Sequence record: OM718002.1
Reading direction: 5' to 3' (one strand)
DNA length: 64,000 nt
Positions within the stretch are counted from its first letter, which is position 1. Each line of letters starts with the position of its first letter. A model generated the notes under the pieces. It did no database searches, had not been told where the DNA came from, and worked only from the letters and a program-made list of their open reading frames with translations. Positions 50,433 to 59,423 of the stretch are shown here, piece by piece. Position numbers and translations under genes: made by a program.

Positions 50433-50785
50433 TGTTTAGCTTCCTCTTTTGTTACCAGTTGATAAAGTTTATTAAATTCACGTTGACGCATTAATTTGTA
50501 ATCTAATATACGCCCATTATTTTTACGAATTAAAATAATAAAATCACCCGGACAGACAATTTTATCTTTATCTGAACCCACACGTAAAATACCATGACTA
50601 GATTCAGTTAGATTACATAATGGACAAATCGTATTACTAAGAGTAGACTCTTTAGTAGGTATGACATAACCAACAATAGCACCTTGATTGATATTGTTGA
50701 TAACGCCATCACCAGGTATATCACCGTTCTTTTTCCATTCGATTGCTTCAATTGGATCGGTGTATCTCGGTAGATAAAAAGACAT
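50396..50785 (-). CDS. Conserved phage protein with a CPxC motif (gp1-like)
   Basis: IEAIEW, ICPLCN, VCPGDFII. Confidence 0.7.
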   Translation of the reverse strand: MSFYLPRYTDPIEAIEWKKNGDIPGDGVINNINQGAIVGYVIPTKESTLSNTICPLCNLTESSHGILRVGSDKDKIVCPGDFIILIRKNNGRILDYKLMRQREFNKLYQLVTKEEAKQWVMMLDPEKKD

Positions 50786-51078
50786 TCTTAATTAACTCCG
50801 ATAAATAATAGTAGTATAGTAAAAAGCACTTAGGTATATTTCTATTTTAAGCTATATTGCGGATAAAATAAAACCTAAGGGTACATAGCGGGTTATTGTT
50901 TAAAGCTCTTAAATAGCGTGGTAGAACGATATTGGACTATATGGCTGTAACCCTTAAGACACTAAGGCTACAAGGATTTTTAAGATAAAGATATCCAATG
51001 TACCATAGTATGCTTTTACAATAGATCAACTAAATTCATTTAAAATGGGTCGTAAAAATACTAAGTTGATCTAAAGAT

Positions 51079-53418
51079 ATGTTGAATACTTTTTCACATG
51101 AACTTACGACTCACAATTGGAAATTAACAATGTTAAAAACTATCATTAAACTAGACGGTACTGAAGAAGCATACTCACCTGCTAAGATCAATGGTTGGGG
51201 TGAATGGGCAGCCCAACATCTTGGTGATAAGGTAGATTGGAGCAGTGTTGTAATGGATGCTGTTCAAGCTCTTGGCGATAAAACTTCATCACAAGAACTA
51301 CAATTACAACTTATTGAAGAATGTCTAAATCGCAAGACCTGGTCATATTACCTGATGGCGGGCCGACTGTATGCTATTTATCTTCGCAAAAAGTTTTATG
51401 GTCTAAATGGTATCCCAACTGTTAAAGCGCTTCAAACTAGAATGCGCAAAGATGGTATCATTGTTAAACTAGATTATAGTAGTAAAGAATATGCACAAAT
51501 TGAAAAGATCATTGATCACGACCTTGACCTACTTTGTCCACATTTCTCACTTCACCATATTCGTGGAAAGTATGCTCTACGTAATCGTAAAACTGGTCAA
51601 GAATATGAAACTGCACAATTTGTGTACATGCGTATGGCAATGGCATTAGCTGAGAAAGAACCAGTTGAAACCCGCATGACTCATGTTGAGAATTTCTATA
51701 AACTATTATCTAATAAGATTCTTAGCGCTCCAACACCTAATTATGTTAACCTAGGTACTAAGCTTCGTGGATTCGCATCATGCTGCCTGTTTGCTTCTGG
51801 TGATAATGGTGTATCACTTGCAATGGGTGATTATATTGCCAACATCATGACGCAGTCATCGGCAGGTATTGGTGTTAACCTAATGACTCGGTCTATTGGT
51901 GATCCTATTCGTAATGGTCTAATCATCCACCAAGGTAAGAAACCATACATCGATGTAATGGGTAAAGCAGTACGGGCTAACCTACAGAATGGTCGAGGCG
52001 GTGCTGTTACATGTTACTATAGTGCTTTCGACCCTGAAGCAGATATGATTACTCAGTTACGTAATCCACGTTCTACTGAGGATAGGAAGAACCGCGATCT
52101 TCACTATGCATTCCTAAGTAATAAGTTCTTTGCTAAGAAAGCGGCTCAGAAAGATGGCATGATCTTTGTATTCAATCCATTTACTGCTCCAGATCTACAT
52201 GATGCTTTCTATAGTGGTGATATTGATAAGTTTATTAAGCTTTATGAAAAATATGAAGCAGATCCTAAATTTGAGAAAACCTATGTAAATGCTCGGGATC
52301 TTCTCAAATCAATGCTAGTTGAAGCATATGAGACTGGAACCATCTATTCAGCTCAAATTGATGAGATCAATCACCATACCCCATTTAAAGAACCTATTTA
52401 CAGTTCTAACCTCTGCCTTGAAATCGCAGAACCCACTAAGCCTTACTATCGAATGGAAGATCTTTATTCTAGTGAGGACCACGGTCGAGGTGAGATTGCT
52501 ACTTGTTCACTGGCCGCTATCGCAGTGGATAATGTTCCTGATAAGCAAACTTATGAAATGGCAGCTTACTACGCGCTTAAGATGATTGACTATTGTATCC
52601 TTAATGCAAAATATGCCTTTCCACACCTTGCACTAACTGCTAAGAATCGAATGAGTGCTGGTGTTGGTATCATGGGTCTAGCCACGCATATGGCACGTGC
52701 TGGCCTTAAATATAGTAGTGATGCTGGTAAAGCTGAAATCCACTTCATTGCTGAACGGCATATGTACTTCCTCATTAAGGCATCACTTAAGATTGCTAAA
52801 GAACGCGGAAATGCACCTTGGATTCATAAGACTAAATGGCCAGAGGGATGGACTCCACGTAAGACTTATAATAAGTCAGTGGATACTATCATTGAAGGTG
52901 GCTTTGAAGAACTTTATCCATGGGATGAGCTAGAGAAAGAGATTAAGGAGAATGGTGGTATTGCACACTCCGTACTAGCTGCATACATGCCTGGTGAGGC
53001 ATCATCTAAGGCACTAGGGTCAACTAATGGTCCATATCCGGTACGTCGCCTAATTCTTAATAAGACTGATAATGGCGCACGTGTGCTATGGGCTGCCCCA
53101 TACGGCGATGATGATTCCTATGTGTATGAATCGGCTTATGATATCCCCACTAAAGATCTTATTGATTGCTATGCCATTATTCAAAAGTGGACCGATCAAA
53201 CAATCAGTGCGGATCTCTATCGACGCATTGTAGGTTCTGAAAAGATCTCTTCTAATGAAATGCTAGGTAATCACTTCTACATGGTGAAACGTGGAATGAA
53301 AACCCGGTATTATGTAAATCTAGAAACAGCAGCAGGACTTGATATTAAATCACTTGAACGTGCTGTTGAGGTAACTAATACTGAAGTTGGGTGTGCAGGC
53401 GGTTCGTGCACTCTTTAA
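51079..53418 (+). CDS. nrdA: Class Ia ribonucleotide reductase alpha subunit (likely start ATG 51130)
   Basis: PTPNY, ASCCL, SNLCLEI active site, TRYY, C-terminal CAGGSC. Confidence 0.95.
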   Translation: MLNTFSHELTTHNWKLTMLKTIIKLDGTEEAYSPAKINGWGEWAAQHLGDKVDWSSVVMDAVQALGDKTSSQELQLQLIEECLNRKTWSYYLMAGRLYAIYLRKKFYGLNGIPTVKALQTRMRKDGIIVKLDYSSKEYAQIEKIIDHDLDLLCPHFSLHHIRGKYALRNRKTGQEYETAQFVYMRMAMALAEKEPVETRMTHVENFYKLLSNKILSAPTPNYVNLGTKLRGFASCCLFASGDNGVSLAMGDYIANIMTQSSAGIGVNLMTRSIGDPIRNGLIIHQGKKPYIDVMGKAVRANLQNGRGGAVTCYYSAFDPEADMITQLRNPRSTEDRKNRDLHYAFLSNKFFAKKAAQKDGMIFVFNPFTAPDLHDAFYSGDIDKFIKLYEKYEADPKFEKTYVNARDLLKSMLVEAYETGTIYSAQIDEINHHTPFKEPIYSSNLCLEIAEPTKPYYRMEDLYSSEDHGRGEIATCSLAAIAVDNVPDKQTYEMAAYYALKMIDYCILNAKYAFPHLALTAKNRMSAGVGIMGLATHMARAGLKYSSDAGKAEIHFIAERHMYFLIKASLKIAKERGNAPWIHKTKWPEGWTPRKTYNKSVDTIIEGGFEELYPWDELEKEIKENGGIAHSVLAAYMPGEASSKALGSTNGPYPVRRLILNKTDNGARVLWAAPYGDDDSYVYESAYDIPTKDLIDCYAIIQKWTDQTISADLYRRIVGSEKISSNEMLGNHFYMVKRGMKTRYYVNLETAAGLDIKSLERAVEVTNTEVGCAGGSCTL

Positions 53419-53518
53419 GTGTATACACCCTCCCTTAATTGGGAGGGTGTTATTCCCAATTTATACTAACCTCTATTATTTATTGTAAGAAATATTTTTA
53501 AATTGTAAAGGAACTGAT

Positions 53519-54682
53519 ATGTCTACTAAATCTCAACTACCAAAGAAAATCTTCAATGTTGCTAAGAGTGATTATCATCTACCGGAAATTATTCTTGGAG
53601 ATGATCCAGGTCTACTAGATTCAATCCACACTCATTATCCTAAAATGTGGGAGCTATATAAGCGTCTAAAGATGCTTGATTGGGATGAGCTAGAATTTGA
53701 CTTTTCCACTTGTCTAGTAGAATTTGAAACGTGTGATAAATCAACTTATGACATGATGATTAAGACACTGGCCTGGCAATGGGAAGCTGACTCTGTAGCC
53801 AGTCGTTCCATTGTTAATATTCTATCACCTGTCATGACAGATTCACGAGTATGGGCGGGATATGTACGTATTAATGATAATGAAGACGTACATGCTTTAA
53901 CTTATTCTGAAATTGTACGTAATAGCTTTAAAGATCCTAAAGTTATTCTAGACGAAATTCTTAGGGTAGAAGAAGCACAAGAACGAATGGTTGCAGTAGC
54001 CCGCACTATGGGTGAAGCACATGACGCAGTTCATGCGTATGCTCTTAATCAGGTACCCAATGATCAAGAACTTTACAATAAAGTATTCATGTTCTTCATC
54101 GCTCTATATTTCCTAGAACGTATCCAGTTCATGGCATCCTTTGCAGTAACCTTTGCTATTGGTCGTACTGGTGCATTCCAGCAAATTGCAGCCGCTGTTA
54201 AGAAAATTGCCCAAGACGAATTCGAAATCCATGCACAATATGGACAAGAAGTTATTCGTGCACTACTGGCAACTGAACGCGGTAAACTCGCTTACAGTCA
54301 ATGTAAAGATAAAATCATTGAACTACTATGGGAAATTGTAAAGACTGAAGTTACCTGGGTTAATTATCTATTCTCTGAAGGTCGTGAACTAACTGGTGTT
54401 AATGCGACTAAACTTATTAACTGGGTACTTTTCAATGCTAATGCCGCAGCAACATTCCTAAGTATTGAAAATGATGTTGTAGAACAGTATCAAGTGGAGT
54501 TTAAAGAATCAGCTGGATTTGATTTTGTTTGGCCAGAGAAGAACCCACTTCTTTATATGGAAGACTACCTAGATATTTCATCAACCCAAGCATCTCCTCA
54601 GGAAGAAGAGAAGCCTGATTACATGGTCAACGTTGTAAATGATGTTGGTGAAGAAGAAGAATTTGAGGTTGACTTCTTATGA
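53519..54682 (+). CDS. nrdB: Ribonucleotide reductase beta subunit
   Basis: Di-iron ligands WEADS, NEDVHALTY, LERIQF, DEFEIH. Confidence 0.95.
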   Translation: MSTKSQLPKKIFNVAKSDYHLPEIILGDDPGLLDSIHTHYPKMWELYKRLKMLDWDELEFDFSTCLVEFETCDKSTYDMMIKTLAWQWEADSVASRSIVNILSPVMTDSRVWAGYVRINDNEDVHALTYSEIVRNSFKDPKVILDEILRVEEAQERMVAVARTMGEAHDAVHAYALNQVPNDQELYNKVFMFFIALYFLERIQFMASFAVTFAIGRTGAFQQIAAAVKKIAQDEFEIHAQYGQEVIRALLATERGKLAYSQCKDKIIELLWEIVKTEVTWVNYLFSEGRELTGVNATKLINWVLFNANAAATFLSIENDVVEQYQVEFKESAGFDFVWPEKNPLLYMEDYLDISSTQASPQEEEKPDYMVNVVNDVGEEEEFEVDFL

Positions 54683-55092
54683 TTAAGATTATCGCATTCG
54701 TAGTTTTAATGTGGTCCACTGTCCTATTTGCAGCAACTGAAGTAAAATCAACTACAGATGGTATTATTGCACATTCAGAATGTCAGCTAGTTGCTAAAGA
54801 TAGTAGTGTTGTCGGCACTACTGTTGGAGGTGCGGTTGGAGCCACCGCAGGCGCTGTGTTAGGTCGAGCAATCTTTGGTAAATCTGGAGGTTGGGTAGGT
54901 GGTTTAATCGGTGGTGCCGCAGGCGGCGCAGTCGGTAATAATGTTAGTGCTACTGAAACATTTCAATGTAAACTGATTGTTAATACAGATGGCAAGCAGT
55001 ACATGGTTCAAACAGTTACCAATGAAAAACCAAAGGTTGGTGATAAAGTCACTGTTGTTGAAATGAATGATGGTACACGAGATATAATGTAG
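54679..55092 (+). CDS. Glycine-zipper membrane protein with a signal peptide
   Basis: GTTVGGAVGATAGAVLG...GGLIGGAAGGAVGN; SlyB/YcfJ-like layout. Confidence 0.8.
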   Translation: MIKIIAFVVLMWSTVLFAATEVKSTTDGIIAHSECQLVAKDSSVVGTTVGGAVGATAGAVLGRAIFGKSGGWVGGLIGGAAGGAVGNNVSATETFQCKLIVNTDGKQYMVQTVTNEKPKVGDKVTVVEMNDGTRDIM

Positions 55093-55177
55093 ACATAATG
55101 ACCCTCCCTTAATTGGGAGGGTTTATGCTAACAATTCTATAGCACTCTTATTAACAGTCATCAACGAGAGAGTAGAC

Positions 55178-57061
55178 ATGAATAAAATGCTAAACTTCCT
55201 AAACCGTACGCTATATAGCGGTACTGAAAAAGTATCTTCAAAAGCTACACCAAGTCTAGAACACTTTAAAACAAATGTTGAACAAGTAGATAAAAAGATT
55301 CTACAACCCTTTAGTACTAAATTTAAAACCATTCTAAAAGAATGTTACAGTAATGAAGAGTGGGTTGAAGAACAATCATTTATTGAAGAACCTATTGATC
55401 TTGGTTCAGCTGCACGCGGTCTTACCGAGCGCGGTATTATGCGTGGTGATTGGGGACGCTTAGCGCATTCCACTATTAAAGAAGCAGAAGGTATGATGCG
55501 TACTTATAGTGGTCGTCTAAATGAAGATATGGAGGCATCTGAAATTAATGAAGTAATTCAAGATATGCCTTATAACTTCACAGCTGGCTCAGCTAATACT
55601 AGCCGTTTAGAAGAAGATGATTCTATTTTTGTTGAAGCAGATACAACTGTAGTTGAACCTCTGTCTAAGCAGACTCTGCCAAAAGTAGCAGAACTTACTA
55701 ACCAACTAGTAGAAGTTTATAACCGAATCACTGAAGAATTTACAGAAACTGGTATTGCTAAAGTTGAACAAGTTGAACAGCCAGCAGTTCTTGTAGCACT
55801 TGGTGAGATCATTAGTAGTTTTAATAAACTAATTGATGCTTCATGTGGTGCTCTACCAGTGGAAGAAACTGTTATTGTAGAGGAGGATCCGTTACCTGCC
55901 ATTGTTACTGGTCCAACTACTGAACCCATTGATGGTGAAATTCCACCTGTTGATGCTATTAATAATTCTGCGGCATTAGAAGAGTTTATTGAAGAAGTAC
56001 TAAGTACTAATCCAGAATTCATTAAATACCAAAGTATGAATGATAGTAATATTGATTCATATCTAACTGGAGATGACTGGATTATACTAAAATTTAAAGA
56101 TGGTTCTTATTATTTATACAATGCCCAGAGTGCTGGTGAAACAAATATAGAAATCATGAAAGATATGGCCGAAACTGGTAGTGGTCTTAATGGTTTTATA
56201 AATCGAGTTATTCGTGGCGGGTATGTAGAGAAGTCCATCATTAATACTCCCGGTTTTATACAAGTCTCAAATGAAGGTCTTATCGACACCATTAAGAGTA
56301 TCTTCGACTCTGGCCCTGAGATCAATCTTGATAAAAAGAAGAAAGCTATTGCTACACTGAAAAGTACCTATGGTGATGCCAAATGGGTGGCAGAAGCAAA
56401 GCTTAAAACCGGCGAAGTAAAAGTATCGAGTTACGAGACGTTCGCGTCTAATGATCCTAAGACCGCAAAAGCCAATATCACTAATGCTGTAGCTAAAGCT
56501 GATCGTCACAACCAGAAAGTTCTGGATGAGAACAGTAAGATACTAGCCCCCGTGGTTAATCTGTTCAAAGGGAATGATTGGCAAGACCCTAAGAAAGTCG
56601 CTACTCTTCTGGCTGAATGGAAACCCAATGTAAAGACAAACTTCCAAGAACCCAAATGGCCAGATAATGCTGGTGCTAAGATTAAGTTGCTTGATGCTAC
56701 CGGTATTGTGGAAGCAGCTAACGTTATCATTGACGTTCTGTCTAACAACACTAAGACTATTGCGGACACTTGGGTAGCCCAGTATCCTGACCTATCTGTC
56801 AATGGGGATATCTACAAACATAAGCTATCCACTATTAAAGATAAAGATGCTCTTGAGGATGTATATCTGCTGGCTAAAAGGGCCGATAATGCCATTCTTA
56901 ACATTCATGCATCGTACGACGACGCTAAGGTTGAATCTACATATCGAGTATTTGCTATCGACATGTTGAAACTAATGCAAGCATCTGTCAGTAGCTTCCC
57001 AAGTGGTTCAACCGTAGAGAACACCAATGAACGCAATATGGTCATTGGTATTGAAGAATAA
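55178..57061 (+). CDS. Proteolytically processed head/ejection protein (gp303-like) with an internal KTSC-like module
   Basis: Acidic N-terminal half; S/A/G-x-E prohead protease-type sites (SAALE, VSNE|GL). Confidence 0.65.
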   Translation: MNKMLNFLNRTLYSGTEKVSSKATPSLEHFKTNVEQVDKKILQPFSTKFKTILKECYSNEEWVEEQSFIEEPIDLGSAARGLTERGIMRGDWGRLAHSTIKEAEGMMRTYSGRLNEDMEASEINEVIQDMPYNFTAGSANTSRLEEDDSIFVEADTTVVEPLSKQTLPKVAELTNQLVEVYNRITEEFTETGIAKVEQVEQPAVLVALGEIISSFNKLIDASCGALPVEETVIVEEDPLPAIVTGPTTEPIDGEIPPVDAINNSAALEEFIEEVLSTNPEFIKYQSMNDSNIDSYLTGDDWIILKFKDGSYYLYNAQSAGETNIEIMKDMAETGSGLNGFINRVIRGGYVEKSIINTPGFIQVSNEGLIDTIKSIFDSGPEINLDKKKKAIATLKSTYGDAKWVAEAKLKTGEVKVSSYETFASNDPKTAKANITNAVAKADRHNQKVLDENSKILAPVVNLFKGNDWQDPKKVATLLAEWKPNVKTNFQEPKWPDNAGAKIKLLDATGIVEAANVIIDVLSNNTKTIADTWVAQYPDLSVNGDIYKHKLSTIKDKDALEDVYLLAKRADNAILNIHASYDDAKVESTYRVFAIDMLKLMQASVSSFPSGSTVENTNERNMVIGIEE

Positions 57062-57083
57062 CTTACTGAGTATGTAATGATAT

Positions 57084-57228
57084 GTAGAAATGATCCCTCC
57101 CCCTCGTTTCTACATTAGTCATAATAAATCGGAGCCAGTCCCCCTTCCAACTGGCTCCCAGAGAGTAAAACTCTTTGCTGGGCATTAATGACGATATATC
57201 GCCTCCCTTCGGGGAGGCTTTATATTTT
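57084..57228 (+). ncRNA. Putative sRNA with two C-rich loops
   Basis: TAC-N14-TATG promoter, three hairpins, UUCG terminator with a U-tract. Confidence 0.65.
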
Positions 57229-57281
57229 GTTTTTACGTATGTATATTAAAATATGTATAAACAACATAGAGTAATTATAAA

Positions 57282-57734
57282 ATGATCAAAAATGAACTTT
57301 TACCAGGGCTAATCTATGCCCAAAAAGAATTTGATAAAATTGCAGCTAATGTAAAAGACTATGATAAGTATAAAAGACGCGAAGCTGGTAGGGCAAGTGC
57401 CGTTTTAAGAAGTCTAGTGAGCAATATTGTAAATCAGAATAAACCATCCTCACTTGAACATGAAGGCAAAGTTAGTACTACTAATACTAATGAATATTTA
57501 GAAGAAGTTAATAATTACTTCTTTAACATTAATAATATTAAATTAATTTCTCCTAAACTCATAAAAGAGAAATTAACAATTGATCTAATGAATATTTATG
57601 TTAAATGGAATATGATTGGAGTGGCTGGCCGAAATGATGTGCCAATTATTGAGCACAGAATTAATGATTGGTGCGAAGTGACCGATGTCTACATTAATGG
57701 TAATAAGATAACTTCTTTACAATGGCCACGTTGA
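57282..57734 (+). CDS. Hypothetical protein
   Basis: 150 aa. Confidence 0.7.
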   Translation: MIKNELLPGLIYAQKEFDKIAANVKDYDKYKRREAGRASAVLRSLVSNIVNQNKPSSLEHEGKVSTTNTNEYLEEVNNYFFNINNIKLISPKLIKEKLTIDLMNIYVKWNMIGVAGRNDVPIIEHRINDWCEVTDVYINGNKITSLQWPR

Positions 57735-57792
57735 ATTTAAAATAAGTTGTAATAAAATACCTAGCATTACATGTTATGTATTGAAGCACAAT

Positions 57793-57877
57793 GCCCGAAT
57801 GGTGAAATTGGTAAACACAGAAGACTTAAAATCTTCCGGCTACGGTCTTGTCGGTTCGAATCCGACTTCGGGCACCA
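57793..57877 (+). tRNA. tRNA-Leu(UAA)
   Basis: Class II cloverleaf; anticodon loop CT-TAA-AA; encoded CCA. Confidence 0.95.
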
Positions 57878-57886
57878 ATTTAAATA

Positions 57887-57962
57887 CGGAGTGTAGCGCA
57901 GTTGGTAGCGCGCCTGCTTTGGGAGCAGGATGTCGGGAGTTCGAGTCTCCCCACTCCGACCA
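57887..57962 (+). tRNA. tRNA-Pro(UGG)
   Basis: Cloverleaf; loop TT-TGG-GA; CCA. Confidence 0.95.
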
Positions 57963-57983
57963 TTTTAATAATAGGTAAATAGG

Positions 57984-58277
57984 ATGGATAATAAATGGAT
58001 ATCATGGGAACATCAAATTATAGGAACAGCTCTTTACGCTATTCTTAGTGACCCTGAATTAACTAATATTCAATTAGCTCAAGGCTTACACTATCTAACA
58101 GAAGCAAAGTCTTCTGTATTACATGTTTGTAATAACCATATTACATTCACTGTAACCTATCCACATGGCACATTTAGAACCAATGTAATTAGAGAGTGCC
58201 CTGCTAGTGATACAAATACATTCAAATGGTCAGGTGTATTAGTCCGTCAAAAAGATGGAACATTCTTACCAGAATAA
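57984..58277 (+). CDS. Hypothetical protein
   Basis: 97 aa between tRNAs; SD AGG. Confidence 0.65.
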   Translation: MDNKWISWEHQIIGTALYAILSDPELTNIQLAQGLHYLTEAKSSVLHVCNNHITFTVTYPHGTFRTNVIRECPASDTNTFKWSGVLVRQKDGTFLPE

Positions 58278-58284
58278 ATAAAAA

Positions 58285-58361
58285 GGGCCTATAGCTCAGT
58301 TGGTTAGAGCAGGCGACTCATAATCGCTTGGTCGCAGGTTCAAGTCCTGCTGGGCCCACCA
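58285..58361 (+). tRNA. tRNA with CAU anticodon, most likely Ile2 (lysidine) rather than Met
   Basis: C4-G69, C5-G68, C29-G41, A73; body closely resembles bacterial ileX-type tRNAs. Confidence 0.8.
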
Positions 58362-58413
58362 TACACTAGCCTCCCACTTGGGGGAGGTTTTATACTGTCT
58401 CATTGAGGAAAAC

Positions 58414-58635
58414 ATGAATATAGTAATAATGTTAGTATTATCTATCAAAGTTGGATTATTTGGTTTCACTTCGACTAATGAGAGTAAGATCCTATTTGAA
58501 AATAGGGGACAATGTATTTCTCACCTGGATATGCTGGAGCATAAATACAAGTCTCTTGAAACTATTCGAAATGAGAATACTCTGAAGATAGCCGACAGAG
58601 ATAACCATTCGATTTATATTTTTAAATGTCCCTAG
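58414..58635 (+). CDS. Small protein with an N-terminal hydrophobic segment
   Basis: SD GAGGA before ATG 58414. Confidence 0.6.
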   Translation: MNIVIMLVLSIKVGLFGFTSTNESKILFENRGQCISHLDMLEHKYKSLETIRNENTLKIADRDNHSIYIFKCP

Positions 58636-58722
58636 GAAAAATATATTGAAACAACCATTAATCCGATTCTTAGGGGTGGTGCTAAATACCATTGAATTTT
58701 ATTTCAAGCATACGGAGTAAAT

Positions 58723-59070
58723 ATGAATAATTTAACTGAATCTCAGTATAGTGTATATTCCACATTTTGTAGTCCAAAATTAATGTGCATGTCTCTTACA
58801 GATGCGTTTATTGAAATTCATAAACAACATCCAGAAGTAAAGCAATGTATTAAGAAAAAGATCAGTGATAGCGAAACTCAGTTCATCTTTATTTTTAAAG
58901 ATGGGACTGATAATCTGATTATCAGTCGTAAAACTGAACCGTGCCCTGAACTGGATATTCCCGTAGGGGTTAGGGTCAAGCTGTCTAGTGAGGAACTTAA
59001 GAACATCCTTGCTGAACATGGTAGCCCTAAAGATGACAATTATTTTAAGCACTGGACTGACCGACCATAA
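58723..59070 (+). CDS. Hypothetical protein
   Basis: 115 aa; SD GGAG. Confidence 0.65.
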   Translation: MNNLTESQYSVYSTFCSPKLMCMSLTDAFIEIHKQHPEVKQCIKKKISDSETQFIFIFKDGTDNLIISRKTEPCPELDIPVGVRVKLSSEELKNILAEHGSPKDDNYFKHWTDRP

Positions 59071-59123
59071 TAAAAATATTACTGATTGTATAATACTATG
59101 TAAGAAGTCATGTCCATACGTTC

Positions 59124-59200
59124 GCGCTCATAGTTCAGTTGGTTAGAATACCCGCCTGTCACGCGGGTGGTTAGGGGTTCGAGTCCCCTTGGGCGCGCCA
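59124..59200 (+). tRNA. tRNA-Asp(GUC)
   Basis: Cloverleaf; loop CT-GTC-AC; G73-CCA. Confidence 0.95.
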
Positions 59201-59205
59201 TTTAA

Positions 59206-59239
59206 TTCCGTGATAGCTCAGTCGGTAGAGCAAGTGACT
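59206..59239 (+). repeat. 34-bp direct repeat: truncated 5' half of tRNA-Asn (second copy at 61389-61422)
   Basis: TTCCGTGATAGCTCAGTCGGTAGAGCAAGTGACT is identical in both places. Confidence 0.92.
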
Positions 59240-59252
59240 TTTACGATTTCAT

Positions 59253-59339
59253 TGGTAAGTACCCGAGTGGTAGCAGGGAGCGGACTGTTAATCCGTTGGC
59301 GAAAGCCCACCGTAGGTTCGAATCCTACCTTACCAGCCA
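59253..59339 (+). tRNA. Atypical tRNA-Asn(GUU) with a Tyr-like class II body
   Basis: Acceptor TGGTAAG/CTTACCA, G73-CCA; D-arm CCC/GGG; anticodon CT-GTT-AA; variable arm GGC-GAAA-GCC; T-arm GTAGG-TTCGAAT-CCTAC. Confidence 0.85.
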
Positions 59340-59423
59340 AATTCTAAAGAGTAGCTTCGGCTACTCTTTTATGTTGCCATGGGTTATCTTATGAATTAAA
59401 ATGATTTACTTGAGAGCACACTC

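Noticed and set aside
50786-51078. Physical genome end or terminal repeat at the conventional phiKZ map origin
   Set aside because: Only a divergent intergenic region with one 10-bp hairpin is seen; no end signature is visible.
35969-54682. Introns or inteins in terL, nrdA or nrdB
   Set aside because: All three are continuous with the expected motifs and lengths.
57084-57228. Minus-strand reading as an RsmA/CsrA sponge (GGA-containing loops)
   Set aside because: The promoter, UUCG loop, U-tract and G-U pairs all favour the + strand, and there are only two loops.
57781-57978. 65-aa ORF
   Set aside because: It lies over tRNA-Leu and tRNA-Pro.
58285-58361. tRNA-Met call
   Set aside because: The identity elements fit Ile2 better; there is no initiator C1-A72 mismatch or GGG/CCC anticodon stem.
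59207-59250. Intact tRNA-Lys(UUU) suggested by CT-TTT-AC
   Set aside because: There is no 3' anticodon stem, T-arm or acceptor half, so it is only a fragment.
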